A stretch of DNA of 64,000 bases, from contig OZ024763.1 in NCBI GenBank assembly GCA_964016885.1, forward strand, positions 13,826,001-13,890,000. The letters are read 5' to 3'. The notes beneath the pieces were generated by a model. That model saw nothing but the letters and a program-made list of their open reading frames with translations, ran no database searches and was not told where the DNA came from. Numbering within the stretch: the stretch's first letter is position 1; each line of letters begins with the position of its first letter. Source of the stretch: Eledone cirrhosa. Lineage: Eukaryota. Made by a program: the position numbers and the translations under genes. Positions 33,671-48,400 of the stretch are shown here, in pieces.

Positions 33671-34777
33671 TCCGATTTTGTTGGGGTGGGTGAAACAAGA
33701 GACACATTTTTACATACAAATTCGATGTTAAAACCTGCTGGCGTCTTATACATCCAAGATACGAATATGATAATTATATATGTTTGTACTAGCCATGTAT
33801 AAGTATATCCCTATTTATAACTCTTCCTCAAAACAATATATTCCGAAAAATGCCGTATGATGTCTCCGTGAGTGTTCCATTTCAATCAATATCTCATTTC
33901 GATTTTCAATAGATTGTGTGGCCCTTGAAGATGCAATCATTTCTCCTTCTTATAATAATTAATTTGTTTTACAATGTTCGTATTGTTGCTTCGTCCATTT
34001 TACGTTTAGTGTCACAAACTATCGTTAATTCAAGATTTTGCTCTAATATAATAAACTATACTTTTAAAAGACTGACATTCTCATATTCATTCTATCTCTT
34101 CTATATAGTTATCTAACCGATAAAAGAATGTATGTGGTATGTGAGAGGTAGAAATAACACGACCTTCTTTCACCGCTGCAGATAGCAAACTGGCAGTGTG
34201 TTTAGCTGACAACGGTGAACATCACGTGTTTAGCGTTAAGTCCCAACATAGTGCCATTTTTATACCGGGTTAACTGGAAAGTCGGACCAAATAAGGATAC
34301 AATCTTCTGCCCTTATCAACATTCTCCGATCTTGGTCCCTGAATAAATAGTGAGATAAAGTGATAGGGTTGAATCTCTATCAAGAATTACAGTAGGTTAT
34401 TTTTAACGAAGGACATCAATAAATTTAATAGTGAGGTATGACAGTTGAAGAAGGCCACTGCAGATTATCGGGTTGTAGGATGAAATGAACCTTAGAGAAA
34501 GTAAGTGAAGATATATTTTCTGAAATTGCCAGAAGAATAAAAATCCCATGTCGACCCTTTTGAAGTATTGATAATGCTGAGAAAGGCATGAATGCCACAA
34601 CATCTATTATGCTTGGAAATACAAGGTGGGTTTCTGAAAGCTCCAGAGGAATAAAATACAAGGTCGGTCGTTGGTAGTGCGAATAACATAGAAAAAGACA
34701 TGAAGGCCACCACATCAAGTTTGCTTGGATATAGAAAAGTAGCTTTATAAATATAAATGTTCATAGTACTTTTGTGG

Positions 34778-34866
34778 CAGTCTCTGTGGGCTAATGGTAT
34801 GTGATAGAGACGGTGAAGATCCTGGTCTCTGGTTCAATCTCGACCAGGAACTACACTAACGTTTTT
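34778..34866 (+). ncRNA. Two-hairpin Pol III-type element (pair E, +)
   Basis: Paralog of 31322; hairpin 2 stem TCCTGGTC/GACCAGGA is perfect. Confidence 0.58.
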
Positions 34867-34887
34867 CATTTTACTAGAGATAAAATA

Positions 34888-34995
34888 AAAAAACTTTTAA
34901 TTTTTTCACTAAGACCCCTCTAGTCCTGGCCAAGATTGAACCCGACACCAGGATCTTCACCGTCTCCCATACCTTCCACAAGGCCACCGAAACTT
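34888..34995 (-). ncRNA. Two-hairpin Pol III-type element (pair E, -)
   Basis: Paralog of 31432; TCCTGGT pairs with GCCAGGA, and a T-run follows. Confidence 0.58.
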
Positions 34996-35751
34996 GCTAC
35001 AAAAAGTGATTGAAAATTAATATTTATAAACCTACTTTACTATTTTCAAGCAAAATTGATGTGGTGGCGTTCATGCCTTACTCAATGTTATAAATACTAA
35101 AAGGGGTCGACTCTGTCTTTCATCCTCCTGGGTCTTTGATAAATTAAATCTTCACTTTGTTTCTTATCGCTCTACGGTTGATTTGAACCTACAATGTCCC
35201 CGTCTACAATAATATTTACTAACTTTAAATCTATCATACCTGGTTGGTGTGTGTGTGTGTGTGTGTGTGTGAAATATTCCCACCTCGTACAATACGCCCG
35301 TAAATTGTTAAACCTGATTTCTATATAGATAATATATGTAGCAGTGTAAGATCTGAACCTACAATGATATGTTTTGCAGTAATTTTACACAATTTCAACT
35401 AAATAGCGATATGTATATGTTTTTCGTTTCTTAAAAATAAAAGAAATTCTATATCCGCAGCTAAATATTGAACTCCTGACAGCACCACAAACTACATTAA
35501 ATATTTAACTACCAAGTCTCACACGACTTTGTAACTAAATGATAAAATAATAACACCTAAATTTTTAATTGATATTACTTCACCTTTTTGTGTTCTCATC
35601 TCGGTGAAAATCTGGCCCTGATTAATTTAACATTTTTATTTTTGGAGAGATAAAATATAGTACCAGTCACATAGTGGGATCAATTTAACCGATCGAATTC
35701 TCACCGCAAATGTCTGACTTCTGCCTCAGTTACAAACAAAGAGAGTTTATC

Positions 35752-35782
<31 letters not shown>

Positions 35783-36889
35783 TAGTTAAAGTATGTGTTA
35801 GCAATAAATAAATGAAAAAAATTAAATAATGACAGTAAGACATTTTTATTCAGTAGTTTTATTTTTATTGTGATTTTCAATACATTAACTGTCCAGTGTT
35901 TTTGTTTCTGCTTATATTCTATTGCAAATGGCGGCTACGGCGAAACTGGATTACCAAGGTTTACTGGATGTTGTCTTTTGCTTTGTGGATTACTTTACAA
36001 ACTGGAGACATCAGGATATCTACCGCAATACCCGAGATAAACATAAGGTGTGTCTTTTACGCAATATTTCGTTTTACAGACATGTTCGACTTGATCAAAT
36101 TTGACCTGTCTATGAGACAGAGATTCTATTTCAAAACAAACCACACAGACCAACCACGAATAATCTAACATTAGTTTTTCAAAAGATAATCCATCTTTAA
36201 AGAGAGACAAATATTTAAAAATTGACGTTCAAAGGAACACTCGATAGCAGAAAGAATCTCAGCCGCAATTTAATGTCTGAAGTGAGACATTTTTCACGAC
36301 ATAAATATAGTTTAATGCCCCTCCTCTCACATCTGACTCGTTTTCTTAAAACTTACTTCTAATAATACATATTTTATAGACATATACTTTCGAAGGTAAA
36401 CATTATGTTTTTGTGTTGTGGTTTGTAATTTTTCAAGTAATTCGTAGTTTTAGAAATGACATTCCGATTATGTAGAAAATCTATGACATTATTCTGATTG
36501 ATATTATACTTTATCAACATGAGATTGGAAGACAGGCATAATTAACGAATTTTCAAGTTTATATTTAGCCGACTACAAACACAGTACGTAAGTTTTTAGT
36601 ACACGAAATCTTTAACGAACATAACTACATACAATAATGAAAGTATTTGAAGTAAATTAATGAGTTTCACCGACATTATCGTAATCTACATCATGGAAGA
36701 CGGATCTCTGTATATTTTCATGTAAAATATATTCACCGTGAACAAATTCATGGAGTGACGACTAAACTGTAGTTATGTCCAAGCCAATTGATACCATTCT
36801 AAGTTAGTTGATATATTTTGAAGTATTGCGAGATTTACTGAGTTCTTTTCTTATTGCCATAGCATGATCAAATTCACTACAATGCTTTC

Positions 36890-37430
36890 TGCTCACTTTT
36901 ACTCAGCATCACAAATATTATTTAATCTATTCATTCGTTCTTCATCTGTCATATATTTTTATCATCATTTACTGTTGTGTCGTCTACTCCATCATTTAAA
37001 CTATTCCATTCACTAATATCTCTTTGAGAAATATATATTTTCTGATGTCTTTAGAGCATTGTATCTTATAAACAGTATAATGGTATCCTCTTCTTAGATT
37101 TACATTTTCTTCCGTAATTTCAAGTCCTTCCATCATCTTAAATATTTCTATGTCTCCCCTTTGTTTTATCTCCTCCCAAGTTGTAATTCCTAAGTTTTTA
37201 CATCTTTATTCTCAAGACAGATTTCTTAATTCTTTTGTTTTATTTTTTGTTCTTCTCTGGATTCTTTCAATATTTTCTGTCGTGCGTCCATGTCCCTACG
37301 GAATACTCTACGTGGTGTCGCTCATATCATTCATCGATAATTTAAAATTTGTTTGCATTTAGCTAGGTAAATTATTATTCCTATCGTCTCACTTGCTACT
37401 TTTTGCCTTTAACATGGTTAGCCACCTTTC
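36890..37430 (-). mobile_element. CR1-clade LINE ORF2 3' relic (module duplicate)
   Basis: Paralog of 29700-30250, more diverged in its distal part. Confidence 0.78.
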
Positions 37431-37575
37431 AATTACAATATACATATTCGAAATATATTTTTTTGTGGGGTGGGGGAATAAGGGGTACTTTTCTACCCGA
37501 AAAAAAAAAAACCGATGTAAAAAAAACAACAACAAAACCGTCTGCCCTTTCCTTAAAGGTACGAATATAATAAAC

Positions 37576-37623
<48 letters not shown>

Positions 37624-38592
37624 TATACACACACTCCATGAACAAGGATAGCTGCATATTTACACTTCCCCCAATCATTTTGTCTTGAAAATAAACATGT
37701 CTTAAAATCTATGTGTTCCATTTCAATTAATTTCTTATTTCGTGTTTCAGTACATTTGTTCTTAAAACTAAGGGGGTCTTACATCCCAAAAAATATTGTA
37801 AGATGTCTCCATAGATTGACATTCTCAATTTAATTCTTTCTCTTGTGTATTGTTCTCTAATGGATAACATATGTATGTTGTTCATTAGAGGTAGAAGTAA
37901 CACGACCTTCCCTCATCGCTGCACAGATCTAACTGGCAGTGTGTTTAGCATGAGTGCTGGTAAGTATTCGACAACTGTGAACATCAGCTGTGAAGTCAGA
38001 ACAAACTGCCTTTATATAGGGTGTTAATTGGAAAGACTAAACAGTGAGATAAAGTGACGAGGTTCAATTTCTACCAAGAATTACACAAGGTTATTTTAAA
38101 CCAGAAATTATTATGTTGTTGCTGTAAATGTGTAGTCAGGGTTTCAATCCTTAGCAGGGTTTGTAGAGTTACATTTATGTAATTATTAACAAATAAAAAC
38201 AGATTTATATAGCGATGTTGTACGTTCAAATAAAACACACACACATATATATATAAATAAATATTTATATGTTATATTATTTCTAATTTTGGCACAAGGC
38301 CAGCAATTATCCCAGTGTATTACTGGTACTTTATTTTATTGACCCTGTAAAGATGAAAGGCAAAGTTAACCTCGGCGGGATTTGAACTCAGAATGGCAAG
38401 GGCCGTAACTCTATGCTGGGAAGCATAGCGTTTGAACCTCTACCGATTCTGCTAATACACCGCCCCTGCCAAGACACCGCCCTATGTAGTGTTAATAAGA
38501 CGGAACCAGCATGAATGTAACCACATCTATTTAGCTTGCTAATAGAAAGTAGTTTCATATATATTAAATTTCAATTAGTTCTGTAGCTGTTA

Positions 38593-38690
38593 TTGTTACG
38601 GTGGCCTAGTGGGGGTTATTAGAGACGGTGGAGGACCTGGTTTGGTTTTCAATGAAGACATACATTAAGGGGGTCTTACTTTTCCATTTT
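38593..38690 (+). ncRNA. Two-hairpin Pol III-type element, degenerate (pair A', +)
   Basis: Duplicate of 987-1084. Confidence 0.4.
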
Positions 38691-38697
38691 ATAAGAG

Positions 38698-38798
38698 AAA
38701 AAAATGTAAGATTTAGTGAGATTATATCCTGATTCAGATCGAACTCACGACCAGGAACGGATTCACCTCTAATACATACCACTGGGTCACCAAAACGG
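38698..38798 (-). ncRNA. Two-hairpin Pol III-type element (pair A', -)
   Basis: Duplicate of 1092-1191. Confidence 0.55.
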
Positions 38799-38970
38799 AT
38801 GTAAAACCTCACTGAAAATGAATATATATCAACCTACTTTCAATATGGAACCAATATTGTTGCAGATGTTCGGTTTTCTCTTAGCTTTCATAAATTGAAT
38901 GTTGAATTAGCTTCTCATCGATATAGGGAAGATTGGAACATTCAATAATTCCGTATATATATATATACAT

Positions 38971-39007
<37 letters not shown>

Positions 39008-39952
39008 AAACAAAGAAATAAGTCACCAAGTTCAACAGTTTATAAATTATTTATTTCATCAACACTTGTTTCATTGCTATTACATGTTACACATCTTTAG
39101 AAAGACATCGTCAGGAACAATTCTAAACATAACATTGGAAGTCTGCAATATAAAATAAATCAATTTTGAGGTTGAATATATATTTCAATGCCATATTGTT
39201 GTTTTATCAACTGATAGAATTTTCAACACGTAATATATATATATATATATATACGTAAGCATGTATGTTTATATATATATATATATGTATGTGTTTATAT
39301 ATATGTGTGTATATATATATACATGTGCGTGTATATGGCAATAGGGAGCAAGAGTAACACACTATTGAACTCCCGAACTAGGGTGCCACAGTATGGCACT
39401 TTAAAGCTTCAGTGCTGCACTATGGTATTTAGTAGATTTAACTAAACTTAGTACTGACTTAGTACTGAGTTAGTAGAGTTAAAAGCGAATACAAGCAGCC
39501 AAAATGGGGTTCCTCGAAAGGGTCTTTGGAGTAACGTTACTTGATAAAGTGTGTAGCTCAGAGAGTCACTCCTGGCAGAGCTGCTACTTCTCCCAACTGA
39601 GAGATCACAGCTCTGATACTATGGACATGTGGTTAGAATGTCTCAGGAAAGAATATGTATATATATATATATGTATATATTTATGTATGTATGTATATAT
39701 ATATGTCGACATATATATGTATATATATCTATGTATATATGTCTACATATACATACATATACATAGATATATATATATACATAGATATATATATATACAT
39801 AGATATAGATATATACATAGATATAGATATATATATATATAGATATATATATATATATATCGATATATATATATATATATCTATATATATATATATCGAT
39901 ATATATATATATCGATATATATATATAGATATATATATATATCGATATATAT

Positions 39953-39984
<32 letters not shown>

Positions 39985-42900
39985 TGATATATATATATAT
40001 ATATTATATTATATATATATATATTATATATATAGATATAGATATATAGATATATAAATAGATATATATATAGATATATATATAGATATATATATAGATA
40101 TATATATATAGATAGATATATAGATATATATATAGATATATATAGATATATATAGATATATATATATATATATACATAGATATATATATATATATATATA
40201 CATAGATATATATATATATGCATAGATATATGTATGTATGTATATATATATAGACATATGACCGTGAAATATGTGTGAGGTAAAGTAAATCTAGACTTTA
40301 TTTCTCATTGCTCTAGGCTTGATTTGAACCTACAACAACTCCGTCTGCAATAATGTCATACCTCATTCCAGCGTAAATTGTTAAACGTGGTTCCTATATA
40401 TATACATGCAAGTAAGATTTGAACCTACAATGCTGTGCTTAATTCCTATTAATAAATGTGTTTTATAAAAGAAAGTAAAGAAACAATTTAATGAAAGTAA
40501 AATATTTATTTTATTCAGGAATTTATTTTTTTATTTTATGTATTCACTTCATTAACTGCTGAATAGTTCTGTTTTTGTTTGTTCTTACCATTGTTTACTG
40601 TAAACGGTGAGTGTGACGAGACTGGATTATTACAAAGTTTTACTGGATGATGGCATTTTCTTATTGTATTATTTTGTTGTCAGTGGACATCTCTCTAAAT
40701 ACCTGGAATAAACATATGGTGTGTCTTTTACGTAACATTTCATTTAATATCTGATGTTCCAATGGATTACTTTTAAAATAAAACCAATAAACAGGACAGG
40801 TAGACTCCAACAAAAGAGACCAGAGATGAGGTACGAATAATTTAAAATTAATTTTAAAAAGAAGACTGTGTTTAAAGAAAGACAAACAATCACATCCATA
40901 ATTTAATATCTGAAGATCAACATTTTTCACGATATAAATATGTAAAGTTAAGTGACCTCTCATTTAGTTGCTCCAACTTTATTTTACTAATCTATTCTGT
41001 AGACTTATATTTTCGTTGGTGTACATTACGATTTCGTTGATGAAATTTTCTTTCGTCTTTAGATCTCTATTTTACTTCTGGAATACTGTATTAACAATTA
41101 TATCACTCGTCTTTAAATCTTTATTTCTTATAAAAGTTATAATACTCACCTCTTCCCATATATATATATATATTTGTAAAAAGGAAAAGAACGACTTGAC
41201 TTGTAGTTCTAAACAATTTGATTTAGAAGTACAAATGAAGTCATTCTTTTCCTTTTTTCAAATATACCTGACTGTACCAAGGATTTCACACACACACACA
41301 CATACTTCTACCTGGAGTTTCGACCGATAGATAGTATTAGCAATTAGAAAGACCATTTTCATTTATATATACCCATATATTCATATTTACTCACTTCTAT
41401 GTAAATATACATACATATATATTAAAAGCACATACCATATACCATCATGATAACGATTGACTAATCATCAGGACACATGCTTGCTCATGTAAAAATTCTC
41501 AGAGACACTTACGAAAACCGAATTTGCAACGCCAGGTACACTTACATACATACATATATGTACGTACATCACATATAGAACAGGTATGACTTATATAGGT
41601 ACATCAAAGTTTAGGTTTCGCTATTGTACCATTCGAGGTAGTTAGAAACAAGTACCAGTGTATTACTAGGGTCGATTCTTCTATATCTTTCTCTCACTCT
41701 CTGTAAGAGATCTGGGGGTGGAGATGGGATCTGTCAACTTTTACAAAGTACCCTAGACACCCTGAATGTCAATGTGGGCCCTCTAGAACTCCCTCACAAG
41801 TTATAGGTCGCTACATACATGTATAGCAACATCAGACAGATTCTTTAGATCTCTTTTACTCGATGATGCAAGACAAGTTTTCAGTGAGTCAGAAAGGAAT
41901 ATTTGTGATATGAAGGGAGAACCTCTCTGAATAAATATTAGATAGTTAAGATGCTACGTAAAGCAGGCGGTGACAACATCGAGGACCAGATGTGCCATGT
42001 GGAAATAGACATCGACATATAAATATACAAAGATGGGGGGGGGGGACCTTATTATCATAGACAATTGGGCTTATGAACACACACACACACACATATTTAT
42101 ATACATACATATGTGTGTGTGGCTTCTGCAGGACTAGAACGGTTTCATTCGAAAGAAATCAAGGGCTTTCCTGATGGGTTTTTTCCCGAATGAAACAGTT
42201 CTAGTCCCGTAGAAGACATTTCTATATGAAATATTTATACTCTGATATATATATTGAGTACCTTACTTACTGTGGCGTTCATGCCTTTCTTAGTGTTGCT
42301 GTTATTAGAAAGGGTCGACTTTGTCTTTCATAATTCAGGCTCTTTCATGAAGTAAATATTCATTTTATTTCTTAACGCCCTAGTGTTGATTTGAACCTAC
42401 AATTACTTCGTCTGCAATAATGTTCACTAATTTCAAATCTGCCATACCTAAATCCTGTGTGCGACTTACAAATAAATTGCTAAACGTCACTTTTATCAAT
42501 GTAAGATTGGAACCTACAGTGATGTGCTTTGCAGTAATGTCCCGTAACTCCAACTCGATTGAGCTAAGCTTGTATATTTCTTTCGTCCGAATAACATAAT
42601 GGTTTCGATCCCAGTTCGCTACTGGTACAAGAAATAATTTAAAGAAATTCTATATCCCCAGCTAAATATTGAACTCCTAACGACATTTTATGTTACTTAA
42701 TACCAATAACCCTGTTACACACTGAACATCTAAGCCCTGAACACACATTTATAACTCAATTTCTAATTTTTAAATGATATTACACCACCTTTGTGTTCTC
42801 GGTGGATATTAATTTACAATTTTATAGCAGAAAAATAGAGTACCAGTCATTTTTATAGGTTCAATTTAATCGATCGGCTTCTCCCCGTCAATCACTTGAC

Positions 42901-44029
42901 AAACAAAGACACACAAACAGTATATATATATATATGATACGACAAATTTGAAATAAATTATTGAATGTAAGAAATTATAATTATTTAGTAATAATATTGT
43001 TATTGTTTGTTTTCACTGCATTAACTGCTGAGTGTGACTTTTATTTTTCTTACTATTTTCTACCGTAAATTGCGGCTGAGACGTTATTGGAGTATTACTA
43101 AAGTTTACTGGATGATGGCGTTTCCTTATTGCATTATTTTACAAACAGTGGACATCGGAATATCCCTCTATATACCTGGGATAAATGTAAGGAGCATTGT
43201 TATGTTATACATAGAAATATAAGAAGAGATGACCATTGTACTATCATGTCACTCGTTAGAATTACAACTTTGGAGGAGATTAATCAAAGTGTTTATCCTT
43301 GGTATAGTGAACTAATGTTGATATTTTCAAGTCTTGACATTTATATGGAATAGTGTACTAATATTTAAATAGTCTTTATATTTTTATCCTAAGATTTTAG
43401 ATTTTTCAGCATTTAGTTAAGAAAAAGAACGTTTTATTATTTCCATCATCCGTCTCGCCATCTTCCAATTCTTACATATTCACAATTCTTCTGAGAGAAA
43501 CACGAGAGAGTGAGGAGAAATGAGACAGAGATGGGGGAGAGACGGGAAGGAGAGAAGAGAGAAACAAGAGAGAGAGAGAGGGAGGAGGAAGGAGAGATGA
43601 GAGAAACAAGAGGGTAAGAAGGGAGAGAGGGCAGAGAGGAGAGAGAGGGCAGGGGGGAGGGAGAGAGAGAGGAAGGAGAGAGGATAGAGGGATAGAAACA
43701 AGAGAGGGAGGAGAGTGAGAGGAGTGAGAGAAAGGAGAGAGGGGAGGGAGAGAGGGGAGGGAGAAAGGAGAGAGGGGAGGGAGAAAGGAGAGAGGGGAGG
43801 GAGAAAGGAGAGAGGGGGGGGGAGAAAGGAGAGAGAGGAGGGAGAGAGGGGATGGAGAAAGGAGAGGGAGAAAGGAGAGAGAAAGGAGGGAAGAGGAGAG
43901 AAACGAGAGAGGCTAGGATGGAGAGAGAGATGGAGAGAAAGGGAGAGAGAGATGGAGAGAGGAAGGAAGGGAGAGAGAGAGATAGAAAGGGAGAGAGAGA
44001 GAATGGAGAGAGAGAGGGGTAGGGGATTG

Positions 44030-44060
<31 letters not shown>

Positions 44061-44884
44061 CCGTGGTGTAGTGCAGTCTTGTACGGTGTGCCTGTCTGCC
44101 TGTCTTGGCCCTAAAATATATCCTATATATATTCTCTTCTAGTTTGCCAACATATTCCAAGCAGGGTCACGTGGTGGTAACTCGTCTAACTTGCCTTCCA
44201 GCAGGTCCTGCCTGAAACATTATATATTATATATATTATATATATTATTTAAATATATATTGTATATTATAATAAATATTATATACACAATATACATTAT
44301 ATATATTCTATTATAATGTAATATATGGTATGTATATTATATAGAATATATTATATATACTGGCAAATATGAAAGTCTCTAAGAGGTGACAGTTGAGAGA
44401 AGGAAACCGCCAGAAACTGGTCTCTGGTGGCACGTGGTAATGTTTCTATAGCAACAGTGGTTCTCTTGGACTTACCAAAGTAAGTGGAGAGGGGAAGGTA
44501 ATATTTCTGTAACCTCAACCACTTCTCTCTCTCTCTCTCTCTCTCTATAGAAATACAACGGGGAAGGGGAGGGTGATTTTTCTATGACACAATTACTCTC
44601 TCTCTCTCCCCCTCTCCCTCACTGAAGATATAGAAGTGGAAAGGGGAATGTAATGTTACTACAACGTCTGTGACACTAGGTGGCGATTCGACCGCAAGTT
44701 CTGCCAGTTTTAGCTTCTTACTTAGCTGAGCACCAGCCAGTTAGTTGAACCACGTAACAGAGCACACATACATTTCTCTCTCTCAGTGTGTGCGTGTGCG
44801 ACAAGGAACCATATGGAACAGAACGCACCAGAGTACTCAATACTAGTAGAGTAGGTAATAGGAAAAAAGTATATATATATGACG

Positions 44885-45428
44885 GCGAGGTGAGGAGAGT
44901 GATGGATGGATGGATGGATGGAGAGAGAGAGAGAGGAATAGAGAGAGAGAGATGGATGCATGGAGAGGGAGAGGGATGGATGGAGAGGAAGAGAGAGATG
45001 GATGCATGGAGAGGGAGAGGGATGGATGGAGAGGAAGAGAGAGAGGGATGGATGGAGAGAGAGGGGGATGGATGGAGAGGAAGAGAGAGGGATATATAGA
45101 GAGAGGCATGGAAGGAGAGAGAGGGAGAGAGAGAGGGATGGATGGAGAGTGAGAGGGATGGAGAGAGAGAGGGATGGAAGGAGAGAGGGAGGGATGGAGA
45201 GAGGGATGGAAGGAGAGAGGGATGGAGAGAGGGATGGATGGAGAGAGAGGGGTGGAAGGAGGGAGAGGGATAGATGGAGAGAGGGATGGATAGAGAAAGA
45301 GAGATGTATAGAGAGAGGGATGGATGGAGAGAGGAATTGAAGGAGAGAGAGGGGCATGGAAGGAGAGAGAGAGGGATAGAGAGAGAAGGATGGATGGAGA
45401 GAGAGAGCCGGATGGATAGAGAGAGGGA

Positions 45429-45466
<38 letters not shown>

Positions 45467-48400
45467 ATGGATGGAGAGAGAGAGGGATATATAGAGAGAG
45501 AGACATGAGGAGTGGGATGGATAGAGAGAGAAGGAGAGGGATGGAAGGAGAGAGAGAGGGGGATGGAAGGAGAGAGAGAGGGGGGATGGATAGAGAGAGA
45601 GAGGGAGAGGGATGGAGAGAGAGAGAGGGATGGAGAGAGGGAGAGAGAGGGGGAGGGAGGGATAGAAGGAGAGAGAGAGTGAGGGATGGAGAGAGGGGGG
45701 GATGGAGAGAGAGAGGGGGTAGGAGAGAGAGGGGGATGGAAGGAGAGAGAAAGAGAGAGAGGGATGGAGAGAGAGGGGGTAGGGGTGGATGGATAGAGAG
45801 AGAGGGATGGATGTAGAGAGAGAGAGAGGGATGGATAGAGAGAGGGAGATGGAAGGAGAGAGGGAGATGGAAGGAGAGAGGGAGATGGAAGGAGAGAGGG
45901 AGATGGAAGGAGAGAGAGGGATGTATATATATATAGAGAGAGAGATGTATAGAGAGAGAGAGAGAGATGTATAGAGAGAGAGAGAGAGATCGAGAGAGAG
46001 AGAGAGAGATGTATAGAGAGAGAGGGGGACGGAAGGTGAGAGAGAGAGAGAGGGGGATGGAAGGTGAGAGAGAGGGATGGAAGGTGAGAGAGAGGGATGG
46101 AAGGAGAGAGGGAGGAAAGGGATGGAAGGAGAGAGAGGGAGGAAAGGGATGGAAGGAGAGAGAGAGAGGGGGATGGATGGAGAGGGTGGGAGTAGGGATG
46201 GATGGATAGAGAGAGGAATGGAAGGAGAGAGAGAGAGGGATGGATGGAGAGATATATATATATATAGAGAGAGGGATGGAAGGAGAGAGAGAGGGATGGA
46301 TGGATAGAGAGAGGAATGGAAGGAGAGAGAGAGAGGGATGGATGGAGAGATATATATATATATAGAGAGAGGGATGGAAGGAGAGAGAGAGGGATGGATG
46401 GATAGAGAGAGGAATGGAAGGAGAGAAAGAGAGAGGGGGATGGATGGATAGGGGGATGGATGGATGGAGAGAGGAATGGAAGGAGAGAGAGAGGGGAATG
46501 GAAGGAGAGAGAGAGGGGGATGGATGAAGAGAGAGAGAGGGATGGATGGAGAGAGATATATATAGAGAGTGAGAGGGATGGAAGGAGAGTGAGAGGGATG
46601 GAAGGAGAGAGATATATATAGAGAGTGAGAGGGATGGAAGGAGAGTGAGAGGGATGGAAGGAGAGAGTGAGGGATGGCAGGAGAGAGTGAGAGAGAGGGA
46701 TGGAAGGAGAGAGAGAGAGGGATGCATGGAGAGAGAGGGAGTAGGGATGGATGGATAGAGAGAGGAATGGAAGGAGAGAGATATATATAGAGAGTGAGAG
46801 GCAGGGATGGATGTAGAGATGGAAGGATGTAGAGATGGAAGGAGAGAGAGAGGGATGGAAGGAGAGGGATGGAAGGAGAGAGAGAGGGATGGAAGTAGAG
46901 GGATGGAAGGAGAGAGAGAGGGATGGAAGGAGAGGGATGGAAGGAGAGGGAGGGAGGGAGGGATGGAGAGAGAGAGAGAGATGGAGAGAGAGGGGGATGG
47001 AAGGTGAGAGAGAGATGGAGAGAGAGGGGGGTGGAAGGTGAGAGAGAGAGAGGGATGGAAGGTGAGAGAGTAGGGATGGATGGATAGAGAGGAATGGAGG
47101 AGAGAGGGGGATGGAAGGAGAGAGGGGGATGGATGGAGAGAGGGAAGGATGGATAGAGAGAGGAAGTGGGATGGAGAGAGGGAGGGATGGAGAGAGAGGG
47201 GGTAGGAGAGAGAGAGAGAGGGATGGAGAGAGAGGCGGTAGGGATGGATGGATAGAGAGAGGAATGGAAGGAGAGAGAGAGGGGGATGGATGGAGAGAGA
47301 GGGATGGAAGGAGAGAGAGAGAGAGAGAGATGGATGGATAGAGAGAGGAATGGAAGGAGAGAGAGAGAGAGAGATGGATGGATAGAGAGAGGAATGGAAG
47401 GATGGATGGAGAGAGAGGGAGTAGGGATGGATGGATAGAGAGAGGAATGGAAGGAGAGAGAGAGAGGGATGGAAGGAGAGAGAGAGAGAGAGGGGGATGG
47501 ATAGAGAGAGAGAGGGAGAGGGATGGAGAGAGAGGGATGGAAGGAGAGAGAGAGGGAGGGAGGGATGGAAGGAGAGAGAGAGAGAGGGATGGAGAGAGGG
47601 GGTAGGGGTGGATGGATAGAGAGAGAGGGATGGATGTAGAGAGAGAGAGAGGGATAGAGAGAGGGAGATGGAAGGAGAGAGGGAGATGGAAGGAGAGAGG
47701 GATGGATGGAGAGAGAGGGATGTATATATATAGAGAGAGAGATCTATAGAGAGAGATCTATAGAGAGAGAGAGAGAGAGAGAGAGGGATGTATAGAGAGA
47801 GATCTATAGAGAGAGAGAGAGAGAGGGATGTATAGAGAGAGAGCGGGACGGAAGGTGAGAGAGCGGGACGGAAGGTGAGAGAGAGGGATGGAAGGAGAGA
47901 GAGAGAGGGATGGAAGGAGAGAGAGAGGGATGGAAGGAGAGGGTGGGAGTAGGGATGGATGGATAGAGAGAGGAATGGAAGGAGAGAAAGAGAGAGGGGG
48001 ATGGATGGAGAGAGGGAGTAGGGATGGATGGATAGAGAGAGGAATGGAAGGAGAGAAAGAGAGAGGGGGATGGATAGAGAGAGAGAGGGATGGAAGGATA
48101 GAGAGAGAGAGAGGGATGGAAGGAGAGAGAGAGAGAGGGATGGAAGGAGAGAGAGAGGGGGATGGAAGGAGAGAGAGAGAGAGGGTGATGGATGGAGAGA
48201 GGGATGTATAGAGAGAGAGAGAGAGGGATGGAAGGTGAGAGAGAGAGAGGGGGGGAGGGATGGAAGGAGAGAGGGAAGGATGGATAGAGAGAGGAAGAGG
48301 GATGGAGAGAGGGAGGGATGGAGAGAGAGGGGGGTAGGAGAGAGAGAGGGGTGGAGAGAGAGGGGGTAGGGATGGATAGAGAGAGGAATGGAAGGAGAGA

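Larger units (their letters stand above)
29690..36520. repeat. Internal tandem duplication of a ~3.46 kb module
   Basis: Offset 3456 (30947 vs 34403; 31065-31262 vs 34521-34718). Confidence 0.92.
1..37608. repeat. Tandem segmental duplication, unit 1 (~37.6 kb; true array boundaries lie outside the window)
   Basis: Sequence from position 1 restarts at ~37609 (ORF 237..419 = 37845..38027); later offset is 38636 (15633 vs 54269). Confidence 0.97.
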
